Origin: Candidatus Omnitrophota bacterium
GTDB taxonomy: Bacteria > Omnitrophota > Gorgyraeia > 2-01-FULL-45-10
DNA length: 64,000 nt
Assembly: GCA_020057115.1 (NCBI GenBank)
Contig: JAGVGJ010000018.1
Span: forward strand, 6,067-70,066
Direction of reading: 5' to 3'
The position numbers and the translations under genes were made by a program. Positions within the stretch are counted from its first letter, which is position 1. Each line of letters starts with the position of its first letter. Under the pieces are notes generated by a model, which was not told the DNA's origin, searched no databases, and saw only the letters and a list, made by a program, of their open reading frames with translations. Of the stretch, positions 29,350 to 38,338 are shown piece after piece.

Positions 29350-30327
29350 CTATTTTTTGCGTTTAATATCTTTCGCAACCTTGGCCAGCATCTCATCGAT
29401 AGTCACTGCCGGCTCAAAATCGGTGAACTTTTGAAGCTTGGAAATATCCGGCTCGCGATGCCTCATATCCTCAAAACCTTTCTCATACGCCTTCTCGTAA
29501 GATATGTGCCTTATCGCTGACTTCGAGCCTGTCATCTTCTTTATCTTCTTAGCCAAAGCATTTATGGTGACTTTGTTATGCGGATTGCCTATGTTGAACA
29601 CCTCCCCTACGGCGGTCGGCTCTTCGGCAAGCATCATAACCGCCCGCACTGAGTCTGAGACGTCGGTAAAACACCTGGTCTGCTTGCCATCTCCGTATAT
29701 AGTAATGGGCTCTCCGGCAATCGCCTGTTTTGCGAACCTCGGGACGACCATGCCGTAACGGCCGGTCTGTTTCTCCCCGCACGTATTAAAGAACCGGACT
29801 ATTATCACCGGGAGGTTCTTCTCCTTAAAATACGCGATGCTCAGGAATTCATCGATCGCCTTTGTGCATGAATAGCTCCATCTGACTATCGATGTCGGCC
29901 CCAGTACCCTGTCATCTTCTTCATGGAAGATGCGCTTTCCCGGCCTGTCCTTGCCATAGACCTCGGAGGTCGAGGCTAGGAGCACCTTCTTATTCCCGTA
30001 CTCGTGGGCAAGCGACAAGACTATCTCCGTTCCGCCCACGTTGGTAAGTATAGACTCGAGCGGATGGTCGATGATATATTTGACCCCTACAGCAGCCGCA
30101 AGATGATAGACGATATCACACTTCTCGACAAGCTCCGTCATGAGGGTCTTATTCATTATCGTATCGATATAGTAAGTAAAGTTGTCTTTCCCTTTGAGAT
30201 GCTCTATATTCTCAAGCCTTCCCGTGGAAAGATTATCTATTATCGTCACGCTATGGCCTTTTTTCAAAAGCGCCTCCGCCAGGTGTGATCCTATAAAACC
30301 CGCCCCTCCGGTAATAAGACATTTCAT
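29350..30327 (-). CDS. NAD-dependent nucleotide-sugar epimerase/dehydratase (extended SDR, UXS/GalE-like)
   Basis: Carries GGAGFIGSH and a YxxxK catalytic pair (YSCTK). An AAGGAGA RBS lies upstream. Confidence 0.8.
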   Translation of the reverse strand: MKCLITGGAGFIGSHLAEALLKKGHSVTIIDNLSTGRLENIEHLKGKDNFTYYIDTIMNKTLMTELVEKCDIVYHLAAAVGVKYIIDHPLESILTNVGGTEIVLSLAHEYGNKKVLLASTSEVYGKDRPGKRIFHEEDDRVLGPTSIVRWSYSCTKAIDEFLSIAYFKEKNLPVIIVRFFNTCGEKQTGRYGMVVPRFAKQAIAGEPITIYGDGKQTRCFTDVSDSVRAVMMLAEEPTAVGEVFNIGNPHNKVTINALAKKIKKMTGSKSAIRHISYEKAYEKGFEDMRHREPDISKLQKFTDFEPAVTIDEMLAKVAKDIKRKK

Positions 30328-30405
30328 CTCTTCGTCTCCTTTGTCATTACAAACGCCTGTACTTCATGTGTCATTGCGAGGCCGCGAAGCGGCTGAAGCA
30401 ATCTA

Positions 30406-31566
30406 TCAATTCACGCACTCCTTATACAATTTCTCCATCACCTTAACTAAATTCTCCTTATCAAACTTCTTGCTCGCAGCTAAGGCTGCTTGTCCCAATT
30501 TTTCTCTCAATGGCTTATCGCTCAAGATCCGTATCAAGCTTTCCGAAAAAGCGTCTACGTCACCTTTAGCAACTAATATCCCGGTCTTTCCATTCTCCAC
30601 GATATCAGATACCCCACCCACATCTGTAGCGATGATGGCTTTGCCCATCGCCATGGCCTCTATTAGCGCAAGCGGCGTCCCTTCGTTTAATGACGTTAGG
30701 GCGACTACATCAAGGCCTCTGTATATATTTCCCAGATCTTCGCGCCATCCGAGAAAATAGACTTCTTTCTCCAGGCCGAGCGAAGCGACCGCATTCTTCA
30801 ATTCCGCTTCCAGCTCGCCGCCTCCTATCACCGCATACTTAGCTTTGATGTCCGGCCTCGCTTGCCGGATGCGGCTTGCGGCTTCAAAAAACATCCTATG
30901 GTTCTTTATCGGGACAAGCCGCCCCATTATCCCGACTAAAAGCTCGGCGCCCTGAAGCCCCAGCTCTTTTTTCAATCCGCCATCCCGAACCTGCGCAGTA
31001 TTGAGCCTTGAAAAATCTATGCCGAGCGGTATCACTACGCATTTCGGACCGGGTATTATCCTGAATTCTTTTACAAGCTCCTCTTTCTGCCTGGCCGAGA
31101 CTGTCACCACTTTAGTGGTAAAGAGCCCTAAGAATCTTTCGATAAATATGAATATGGCCGTCTTTAGCCTTCCGAAATAGTGCTTAAAGACATTGCCGTG
31201 AAAAGTATGTATCTTGACCCTCGAGCCGGCAAGTATAGCGGCCATCCTTCCGAGGGTACCGGCTTTTGCCGTGTGGGTATGCACTATATCGGGCTTCTCA
31301 CGCAGCAATATCCGGAATATCTTCCAAAACGCCTTAAAGTCATCTACCGGGCTTATCTCCCTGCCAAGCTCCGGGACGAGTTCCATATCAACGCCTTCGG
31401 CGCGCATGAGATGCTCTAAGCCACCTTCGCCGTCAGCAAGCGACCCGTAAATGACCTTTGTCTGGAAAAGCTCCCTATCCAGAGAAGATGAAAGTATAGA
31501 GGCATTTATAGCCGGCCCACCGATATTGAGACGCGCTATTATCCTTACTATCTTTATCTTAGCCAT
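30406..31566 (-). CDS. GT4 family (GT-B) glycosyltransferase
   Basis: 386 aa carrying the EGTPLALIEAMAMGKAIIATDVGG motif. Confidence 0.8.
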   Translation of the reverse strand: MAKIKIVRIIARLNIGGPAINASILSSSLDRELFQTKVIYGSLADGEGGLEHLMRAEGVDMELVPELGREISPVDDFKAFWKIFRILLREKPDIVHTHTAKAGTLGRMAAILAGSRVKIHTFHGNVFKHYFGRLKTAIFIFIERFLGLFTTKVVTVSARQKEELVKEFRIIPGPKCVVIPLGIDFSRLNTAQVRDGGLKKELGLQGAELLVGIMGRLVPIKNHRMFFEAASRIRQARPDIKAKYAVIGGGELEAELKNAVASLGLEKEVYFLGWREDLGNIYRGLDVVALTSLNEGTPLALIEAMAMGKAIIATDVGGVSDIVENGKTGILVAKGDVDAFSESLIRILSDKPLREKLGQAALAASKKFDKENLVKVMEKLYKECVN

Positions 31567-31871
31567 CTTGAATTTTCTGCCGCGCGGCCGAGCGCGTTCA
31601 TTACCTCGCTGCCATAATATACAGTGCCTGCGAAATTAAATATAAGCACTTTTAATAATACAAGAGAACTTAATGTCACAAAAAGCGCTATAGAGCAGCT
31701 GCCCGCCCTCCTGAACCCGGAACTTACCGATGATGCAAGCGCTCTCAATAGGCCTATGACCGATGAATTCGCATAATAGCCGCCCAGGGCTCTTTCGAGG
31801 CTATTCAGCACCATGACCCAAAATCCCGTCATGCTTCCCAGTATATTTAATACGATGCTGTCATGTTTCAT
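31554..31871 (-). CDS. Small membrane protein, tentatively MotA/TolQ/ExbB-like
   Basis: 105 aa with 2-3 hydrophobic helices. It shows weak resemblance to the ExbB C-terminal helices, and its stop overlaps the next gene's start by 4 nt. Confidence 0.3.
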   Translation of the reverse strand: MKHDSIVLNILGSMTGFWVMVLNSLERALGGYYANSSVIGLLRALASSVSSGFRRAGSCSIALFVTLSSLVLLKVLIFNFAGTVYYGSEVMNALGRAAENSRWLR

Positions 31872-32338
31872 GCTTTGTCGTTCGCCTTCGTATCCATGTC
31901 AAGGATCGTTGCATTCAAGATCGTATAGAGAGGGTTCGAGAACATTATGTTCGAATTTATTTTGATGGCCATGTTGGCGCAATAGTATTCGCCATTCAAT
32001 ATCACGCAGTTCGTCTTTATGAGAACGACCGCATCGCTATACCCCGTATCTTTTTCATTCGCATCCTTCACGGGCCTTATCTCCAGCACCTTTTCTATCC
32101 TGGCATTGCCTCCCATGATCACGTCTCCGGGCCTTAATATCTTCTTGTTATACGCCACCTCGTTCGGAACGCGGCACAATACTTTTACATACATCTCCTG
32201 CGCCGTCTTTTGATGCTTGCTAATGCCGGACAGGTTGACTTTTATAGATATCGCAACACCGATTATCAACAATATCACTAGAAGGTCTATCAGGTTCACA
32301 AGACCGAACAGCTTACCCCTGTCATCTACCAGCCGCAT
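31868..32338 (-). CDS. Small membrane-anchored protein, tentatively ExbD/TolR-like
   Basis: 156 aa. The N-terminal helix GLVNLIDLLVILLIIGV resembles the ExbD/TolR TM signature (…PLIDVMLVLLIIF…). Confidence 0.35.
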   Translation of the reverse strand: MRLVDDRGKLFGLVNLIDLLVILLIIGVAISIKVNLSGISKHQKTAQEMYVKVLCRVPNEVAYNKKILRPGDVIMGGNARIEKVLEIRPVKDANEKDTGYSDAVVLIKTNCVILNGEYYCANMAIKINSNIMFSNPLYTILNATILDMDTKANDKA

Positions 32339-32353
32339 ATGCTCTCCTATCTT

Positions 32354-34201
32354 TTAAATGTACCCTTTTAATTTGTAGTATATGATCCCGGCATACTCAT
32401 GCAGGATCGCCTGGATATGCTTTAATTCGACCTTCTTCTTATCGCCAAAGAATAGGCTGTCCTTCACCGGCTCAGCTATCAGCTCCTTGTCAAGCGCAGC
32501 CTTTTTCCATACAAGAGACACCCTGCGCATGTTGTAGGGCGCGCTTATCACTATAGCTGACCTTAACCCCCTGCCGGTCATGATCTTCGCCGTATTGATC
32601 ACATTCTGATAAGTATTAACCGCCTTATCCTCAAGCATGATATTTGATTCCGGGATATTCAATGATATGGCAAGCGCCTTCATGACATCAGCCTCTTTAA
32701 AGGCGTAGCTATATCCGGAGGAGAATATCAATTTATCCGCGTAGCCCTGTCTGTAAAGATCGACGGCGTATTTGACGCGTTCTTCATATCCCTGCCCGGC
32801 CTTGCCGGATTCGCCGACGCCGCCCGCAAATACAGCTATAACATCCGCTTTTTTAAGCGGGTTCTCGACCTTTAGCGGATACGCCGCCCACCACACCAGC
32901 GGCGTGTGGAACAGGATGATATAGGCCGCAAGAATGCTTGCCGCAAGCGGAATGACTTTGCGCTTCGCCCCGGCATAAAGTTTCAGGATATTGACTTTCC
33001 AGTTAAGCTCCTTCTCCGCCTCTTTCTTCCGTATCTCGTCCTCGATAAGCGCGCTCATCTTCTCTATCTTTATTTTCCATGAGCCTTCGGCTAACGCAAT
33101 ATCCATCCTTCTCTTGCATTCAACCTGATCATGGCTCTTAGAAACGGCCGCCTTTACGAGAGAGGAAAAATCTTCCTTAGTTTTTCCGATGCATATGACA
33201 TTACCGTTGCGCTCGTTATAGGCTTCAACCTCGGGGATCGAAGTCGAGACAACCGCTTTTCCAAGCGAAAAATATTCGTTAAGCTTTGTCGGATAGACGT
33301 TCTTTGTATATTCCGTTAGAAGGTATGGAACAAGACAAACGTCGAAATTCGCCACATAACCGGGGAGCTCGGCATAAGGTTTCTGTCCGAGGAAATGAAC
33401 GTTGGTAAGGCTTTTGAGCCCGCCGACATCTGCCTGCAGCGGCCCGACAAATACAAAAGATATGTCGGGATTCGCCTGGGCAGCATGTTTCACGAGGTCG
33501 AAGTCTATCCATTTATGGACGCCGCCTACATACCCTGCTATCGGATGCTTTATCGGGGCAAGGTCTTTAGGAGGATCGACCTTCTTGCCCCTTGCCTTTT
33601 CGTAGATCTCCGTATTTACACCGAATGGGAATGTGTGAACATTCTTACTGTGCTCGGAGCACCAGTCGTACAGGCTCTTCGCCGTAACGAATACCAGATC
33701 TGAGCGTTCAAGCAGTTTCGACTCTGTCTTGCGGATATTCTTTGCTTTTGGGGAGCTTGCGGCAAAATTATCTATGCAGTAGTATATGACGAGTTTCGAG
33801 TCTATGGAATCGATGATATCCAGGACTATCCCTGTGGGCAGGAATGTCCATATAATGGGTGTTGAAAAACCAACGGATCTTTCCCAGCGCTTTAAGGCTG
33901 ATACCAGAAGCCATCTATTTATCCAGCGCGCTATCTTGGAATACGGGAAGGGCAATATTATGGGAGAGTAAATATAAAGGTTCTCCCTCTCCCTGCGTAT
34001 GCCCTTTACGCTGCCGAGCCAGTTCTTTATCCTGCTTCTTAGCCTCGGCATGTCCCGGAGGCCGGGAGACCTCACGCCTGTATTCTCGATGAAAAGGACC
34101 CTGTTACCGCTTGCGGCAAGCGAGGACATTATCTCCTGGTGCCCCTGCCAGATAAAGCCCCAGTCTATACTGGATATGCATATAATATCTTGATTCTTCA
34201 C
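32354..34201 (-). CDS. Fusion protein: N-terminal GT4-like glycosyltransferase plus C-terminal DUF218 (YdcF/ElyC/SanA) domain
   Basis: 615 aa. The N-terminal 400 aa is a GT-B fold (TuaH-like). A TM segment follows, then …VIAVFAGGVGESGKAGQGYEERVKYAVDLYRQGYADKLIFSSGYS…, which is typical of DUF218. Confidence 0.65.
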   Translation of the reverse strand: MKNQDIICISSIDWGFIWQGHQEIMSSLAASGNRVLFIENTGVRSPGLRDMPRLRSRIKNWLGSVKGIRRERENLYIYSPIILPFPYSKIARWINRWLLVSALKRWERSVGFSTPIIWTFLPTGIVLDIIDSIDSKLVIYYCIDNFAASSPKAKNIRKTESKLLERSDLVFVTAKSLYDWCSEHSKNVHTFPFGVNTEIYEKARGKKVDPPKDLAPIKHPIAGYVGGVHKWIDFDLVKHAAQANPDISFVFVGPLQADVGGLKSLTNVHFLGQKPYAELPGYVANFDVCLVPYLLTEYTKNVYPTKLNEYFSLGKAVVSTSIPEVEAYNERNGNVICIGKTKEDFSSLVKAAVSKSHDQVECKRRMDIALAEGSWKIKIEKMSALIEDEIRKKEAEKELNWKVNILKLYAGAKRKVIPLAASILAAYIILFHTPLVWWAAYPLKVENPLKKADVIAVFAGGVGESGKAGQGYEERVKYAVDLYRQGYADKLIFSSGYSYAFKEADVMKALAISLNIPESNIMLEDKAVNTYQNVINTAKIMTGRGLRSAIVISAPYNMRRVSLVWKKAALDKELIAEPVKDSLFFGDKKKVELKHIQAILHEYAGIIYYKLKGYI

Positions 34202-34221
34202 GTATCTTAATTATCTCCTGA

Positions 34222-34998
34222 TTAATCATAATAGCTCATAAGCTTGTTCGTGAAGTCTGTTATTATATCATATCCGTCTATTTCTGTCCTTCTTAAAATG
34301 AAATTATCCGTTCCTGCCTTGTTAATGCCCTTAAAGGATGAGCAGCCTCCTATGTATCCGCTGGATCTGGCCATATCTACGACCTCATTATTCAGCCTTC
34401 CGTAAGGGTAACTAAAAGTTACCGGTTTTATGCCTGCCTTTTCGACTATCGCTTTTTTCGAACCCTCAAACTGGTGCTGCAGTCCATCCCTGTCGATTGA
34501 CGTCAGGTCCATGTGGTCGACCATGTGAGAGCCTATCTCAAAGCCCATACCCGACAGGCGCCTGATATCGTCCCAATCCATGTACTCCCTATTCCTGCCA
34601 TCGGTCCATTTTTTGCAATTCTTTCCGTCAATATTAGAGGTTGTGATGAAGAATGTCGCCTTTATGCCTCTGGTCTTTAAAGCGGGGGCGGCTTCGGTTA
34701 TATTGTCCTTATAGCCGTCGTCGAACGTCACGACAATGGCCTTCTTCGCTCTCGGCGACATGCCGCTCTTCAGAAGCTCCGAAACTGTCATCGTTTCATA
34801 TCCGATGCGGGATAGCTCATCGAGTTGGTCCCTGAAATTCGCGGCAGGGACCCTGGTCGCGAAACGATGGTCCTCGGGCCTGCCTCCGATAGAATGGTAC
34901 ATGAGTATGCGCACGCCTTCGCTCTTCGGCTTGAAAGTAAGGGTTGATCTTGCTCCGGCAATAAAGCGCTTTATATTCTTCTTTATGATAAATGTCAT
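34222..34998 (-). CDS. Polysaccharide deacetylase (CE4/NodB family)
   Basis: Carries the TFDDGY motif and an HMVDH His motif. The start was placed at the internal Met (MTFIIKK, ATG at 34998-34996), which forms an ATGA overlap with the upstream stop. The ORF track extends to 35220. Confidence 0.75.
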   Translation of the reverse strand: MTFIIKKNIKRFIAGARSTLTFKPKSEGVRILMYHSIGGRPEDHRFATRVPAANFRDQLDELSRIGYETMTVSELLKSGMSPRAKKAIVVTFDDGYKDNITEAAPALKTRGIKATFFITTSNIDGKNCKKWTDGRNREYMDWDDIRRLSGMGFEIGSHMVDHMDLTSIDRDGLQHQFEGSKKAIVEKAGIKPVTFSYPYGRLNNEVVDMARSSGYIGGCSSFKGINKAGTDNFILRRTEIDGYDIITDFTNKLMSYYD

Positions 34999-36044
34999 AA
35001 TCTCATAGTCCTGGGATATGCCGTGCACTCGACACATATGCGCGGGATCTCCTTCGAGCGGAGGGCTTTCCTGAAATCCCGGTATGCGGGGCTGTTCCAG
35101 ATATCGAAAAAATCTGACGTAAATATATTCCCGAAGTTCATAATGCCGGGGTCGGACCCCTGCAGGCAGCAGGGCGTCACGAACCCCTCCGCCGTAATAT
35201 AACAGCTCTTCCATGGCCATTTACAGGCGCGGCTCGAGGCGGGATCCGGAACATTCACGTAATCAAAAGAACCCCCCTCTCTTTCCGCGGTCTTCTTTGC
35301 CATCGCCAATATCCCTCTGACACGGGCGTAGAACGCCATTGAGTACCTGTCTCTCATGTCGCCTTTTATCTTGTCATTAGACCAGTTGTGTTCAAGCTGG
35401 GCGCATACCTTCTTCACTCCAAGGCTCTTTGAGAGCTCGATCACGTCCGGAAGGTCAGTCAGGTTTTCTCTCATCATAACGAACCATACCGAGACATCCG
35501 GCGCCGGAGACTTGCCTTTCATCTCCATGAAACGCTTGATATTCTTCTTCACCGTTTCCAGCTTCGCGCCTTTACGGATCGCTTCATACCTATCCCTGTC
35601 GGCGCTGTCTATAGAGATATTGAGCCAGTCGGCCCCGCTCTCGAGTATATTCTTTGAGCTGGCTTCGTCCAAGAGCATGGCATTTGTGGCAAAACCTATC
35701 ATGATGCCGCGGGACTTTGCATATGTGATCATATCGAAAAGCTCCGGATTCATAAGAGGCTCGCCCGCCCCGACCAGGCTCATCTTCTTTAAATGAGGCA
35801 TGCCGTCGACTATCTTCTTGAATTCTGAAAGCGACATATGTCTCTTCTTGCGGCTGCTTATCGGATTTGCGCACATGACGCATTCGAGATTACAGTGGAC
35901 GGTGGGCTCGATCTGGATCATGATGGGATATGAAGACATCGCGGAGGGCTCAAGCTTAAGGTTCAAATACGCCATAGCAAGGTTTTTCAGGTCCCCTCTT
36001 TTTAAGGACATACCAACTACTTTTAAAGCATCTCGAACATTCAT
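34995..36044 (-). CDS. Radical SAM protein with a C-terminal SPASM-like Cys-rich domain
   Basis: 349 aa with CNLECVMC (CxxxCxxC) and C-terminal cysteines (…TPCCLQGS…CVEC). Confidence 0.75.
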   Translation of the reverse strand: MNVRDALKVVGMSLKRGDLKNLAMAYLNLKLEPSAMSSYPIMIQIEPTVHCNLECVMCANPISSRKKRHMSLSEFKKIVDGMPHLKKMSLVGAGEPLMNPELFDMITYAKSRGIMIGFATNAMLLDEASSKNILESGADWLNISIDSADRDRYEAIRKGAKLETVKKNIKRFMEMKGKSPAPDVSVWFVMMRENLTDLPDVIELSKSLGVKKVCAQLEHNWSNDKIKGDMRDRYSMAFYARVRGILAMAKKTAEREGGSFDYVNVPDPASSRACKWPWKSCYITAEGFVTPCCLQGSDPGIMNFGNIFTSDFFDIWNSPAYRDFRKALRSKEIPRICVECTAYPRTMRL

Positions 36045-36865
36045 CTCTTTTTACCCCACGCTACCCAGCCGCGGTAGTTCACCACATTTATATCGCCGAA
36101 ACCGGCCCTTTCGAACCACGCCCTTGCTTCTTCTTTGTTATAGCGCATCTCTATGGGTGGAGAGAACCTGTCGTAAAGGTCCGAAACTATACAATCGAGT
36201 CTCGTTGTGTGCCTGAACGGTATCCTCTCAGCGAGCTTTTTTGTAAGCGGGATCCTTTTAAATACCTGATACGGTACGCAGCAGAATATGAAGACCAGAG
36301 GCGACATTAAGATACATAAGAGATGCAGGAGCCACGCCGGCATCTTCGTCGTGATAACCCTTAGGGAGTTGACGGTTTTCAATAAATATCTCTCAAGAGC
36401 GGTGCGCTCGGCAAAGTCTTCATATAGATAAACTATGACATAGCCGCCCTTCTTTACCTTATTGCACACGGACCTGAAAGCTTTTTCCGGTTCAGGCAAG
36501 TGGTGGAGCACCCCGAAGCTATATGCAAAATCGAATACATCGTCTCTGAAAGGGAGCTCATAGACATTCGCCTGAGTTACATGTATGCAACCGCTACATT
36601 TTGTATTCCGGCGGGTGATGGCTATAGAGTCTGATATGTCGATGCCGACCATGCGGGCGCCGTACTGCGATATATGCATCATATCGGTCCCAGAGCCACA
36701 TCCAACATCAAGGCCTATTTTGCCCTCACCGCTATAAACCCACCGCGGTATATAGTTCAGGTATGAGAACGAATCCTTATACCAGTCCCGCCCCACTTCC
36801 TTGGCGGCAAACTTCGCCCATCCGAATGAGAACTTTTTCCTGGTCTCGTTTATCATCTTATCCAT
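36041..36865 (-). CDS. Class I SAM-dependent methyltransferase
   Basis: Carries motif I LDVGCGSGTD and motif II-III FDFAYSFGVLHHL. Confidence 0.75.
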   Translation of the reverse strand: MDKMINETRKKFSFGWAKFAAKEVGRDWYKDSFSYLNYIPRWVYSGEGKIGLDVGCGSGTDMMHISQYGARMVGIDISDSIAITRRNTKCSGCIHVTQANVYELPFRDDVFDFAYSFGVLHHLPEPEKAFRSVCNKVKKGGYVIVYLYEDFAERTALERYLLKTVNSLRVITTKMPAWLLHLLCILMSPLVFIFCCVPYQVFKRIPLTKKLAERIPFRHTTRLDCIVSDLYDRFSPPIEMRYNKEEARAWFERAGFGDINVVNYRGWVAWGKKR

Positions 36866-37604
36866 TTGGCTTCTTCACTTTCATGACTAATGTCGTAAGA
36901 TACGGCCCGAGGAGCGGCAGTATGAACTTCATCTCGCCGGAACCGAAACACTTCTTTATTGGCCAGGCGCCTGCGAACTTATGATCGGCATATTCAAAAC
37001 CGCTCCTCACAAGATACCGTGAAAGCGTCCTGAAATCCCACAGGAATATATGATCGAGCTGTGTACCGGTATTACGCGGTTCGGCCTTCAGGGACTCCAC
37101 GAATTTTGCCTGGTCCTTCTTGCGCCATATGAGCAGCTGGTGGAGGATGTTTATGTAAGATACGGCGTTGGGAGTAGAGACTATGAGGCATCCCCCGGGC
37201 TTCAATATCCTGCGGAACTCGTCAAGGAACTTCGCAGGCTCATGCACATGCTCTATCGTCTCCAGGAACAGGACGCAGTCAAATGAATTGTCCGTAAACG
37301 CCATCTTAAAAAGATCGCCGGATTCAAAACTGGTGCCGCTCACCTGATTGAATGTCCTGGCTATCTCTATGGCCGAAGGGAGTATGTCGATACCAAGGAC
37401 ATCTTTGCCCTTCTCCGCTAATATCCTTGAAAGCACGCCGGCATTACAACCTACATCGAGAACCTTCTCTCCGGTCAACATATCCGCTGCCGCGCGGAAC
37501 CTGGAATCGCTTCTTGCGGTGGCAAGCGCCTTCTCCATTATCGCGGCCATCTCGTCCCCAGACTGCTTCTTCCCATCGTAAATAAATTCTTTATTATTGG
37601 ACAT
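36858..37604 (-). CDS. Class I SAM-dependent methyltransferase
   Basis: Carries LDVGCNAGVLS…FDCVLFLETIEH. The start was placed at MSNNKEF (37604), giving a 4-nt overlap with the upstream gene. The ORF track extends to 37682. Confidence 0.7.
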   Translation of the reverse strand: MSNNKEFIYDGKKQSGDEMAAIMEKALATARSDSRFRAAADMLTGEKVLDVGCNAGVLSRILAEKGKDVLGIDILPSAIEIARTFNQVSGTSFESGDLFKMAFTDNSFDCVLFLETIEHVHEPAKFLDEFRRILKPGGCLIVSTPNAVSYINILHQLLIWRKKDQAKFVESLKAEPRNTGTQLDHIFLWDFRTLSRYLVRSGFEYADHKFAGAWPIKKCFGSGEMKFILPLLGPYLTTLVMKVKKPNG

Positions 37605-37606
37605 GT

Positions 37607-38338
37607 TCACCTTCTTGTCGCCTTTATAACCACCGTGGCCCTTAAAAACGGGAATAATTTCGAAAAAATGGCGTCGATACATTTATCAAATGCTGTATCC
37701 CTAAAATAGAAACCGGATCTTCCGATATAAAAATGTAATGAATGGTCAAAACCGCTAACATGGAGAAGGGTGGCCAGAGTAGAAAGATCCCACGCGAACA
37801 GATGAGTGCCCCACTGGAGCGAAGGCTCATGTATCATAAGGCGGGGTTTTTTTCTCAATATGTCGCACATGATCTGACGGCCAAAGAAACGGGAATAATA
37901 TACGTTGTTCGTCGATAAAATAAGCGTGCCGCCGAGTTTTAGAACGCGGTATATCTCTTTAAGGGCCTTCACCGGATCATCCAGGTGCTCTATCACCTCA
38001 AGAAAACAGACGCAATCAAATTCATTATCCGCAAATTTCAGGTCCATGGCGCTCATGACATCAAATGAGAGATTGGAAGTATCCGGATATAGAGCCCTTG
38101 CCATTTCGATCAGGTTATCCTTATAATCTACGCCTATGACCGTTGAGGATGGATAGCACTCAGCAGCGGCATGGGAATAATTGCCTATATTGCAACCCAG
38201 GTCCAATATCTTTTTGCCGCTCAATTCCTTGACGATAGAATTGTGGACCGGCATATAGTTCCTCTTCTTGATAAAATATTTCAACTCGTCCAACGTAAAA
38301 TCCTTGTTCCCACCGCCTGCTATTCTATATTTTTTCAT
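37607..38338 (-). CDS. Class I SAM-dependent methyltransferase
   Basis: Carries LDLGCNIGNYS…FDCVCFLEVIEHL…GGTLILST. Confidence 0.75.
   Translation of the reverse strand: MKKYRIAGGGNKDFTLDELKYFIKKRNYMPVHNSIVKELSGKKILDLGCNIGNYSHAAAECYPSSTVIGVDYKDNLIEMARALYPDTSNLSFDVMSAMDLKFADNEFDCVCFLEVIEHLDDPVKALKEIYRVLKLGGTLILSTNNVYYSRFFGRQIMCDILRKKPRLMIHEPSLQWGTHLFAWDLSTLATLLHVSGFDHSLHFYIGRSGFYFRDTAFDKCIDAIFSKLFPFLRATVVIKATRR

Noticed and set aside
30342-30375. Direct repeats TGTCATT(A/G)C spaced 27 nt apart, plus a small GCCGCTTCGCGGC palindrome, in the 78-nt gap upstream of the SDR epimerase gene
   Set aside because: These may be a regulator binding site or a weak 5-bp hairpin, but the repeats are only 7-8 nt with no supporting context. 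Flagged only as a low-confidence motif.
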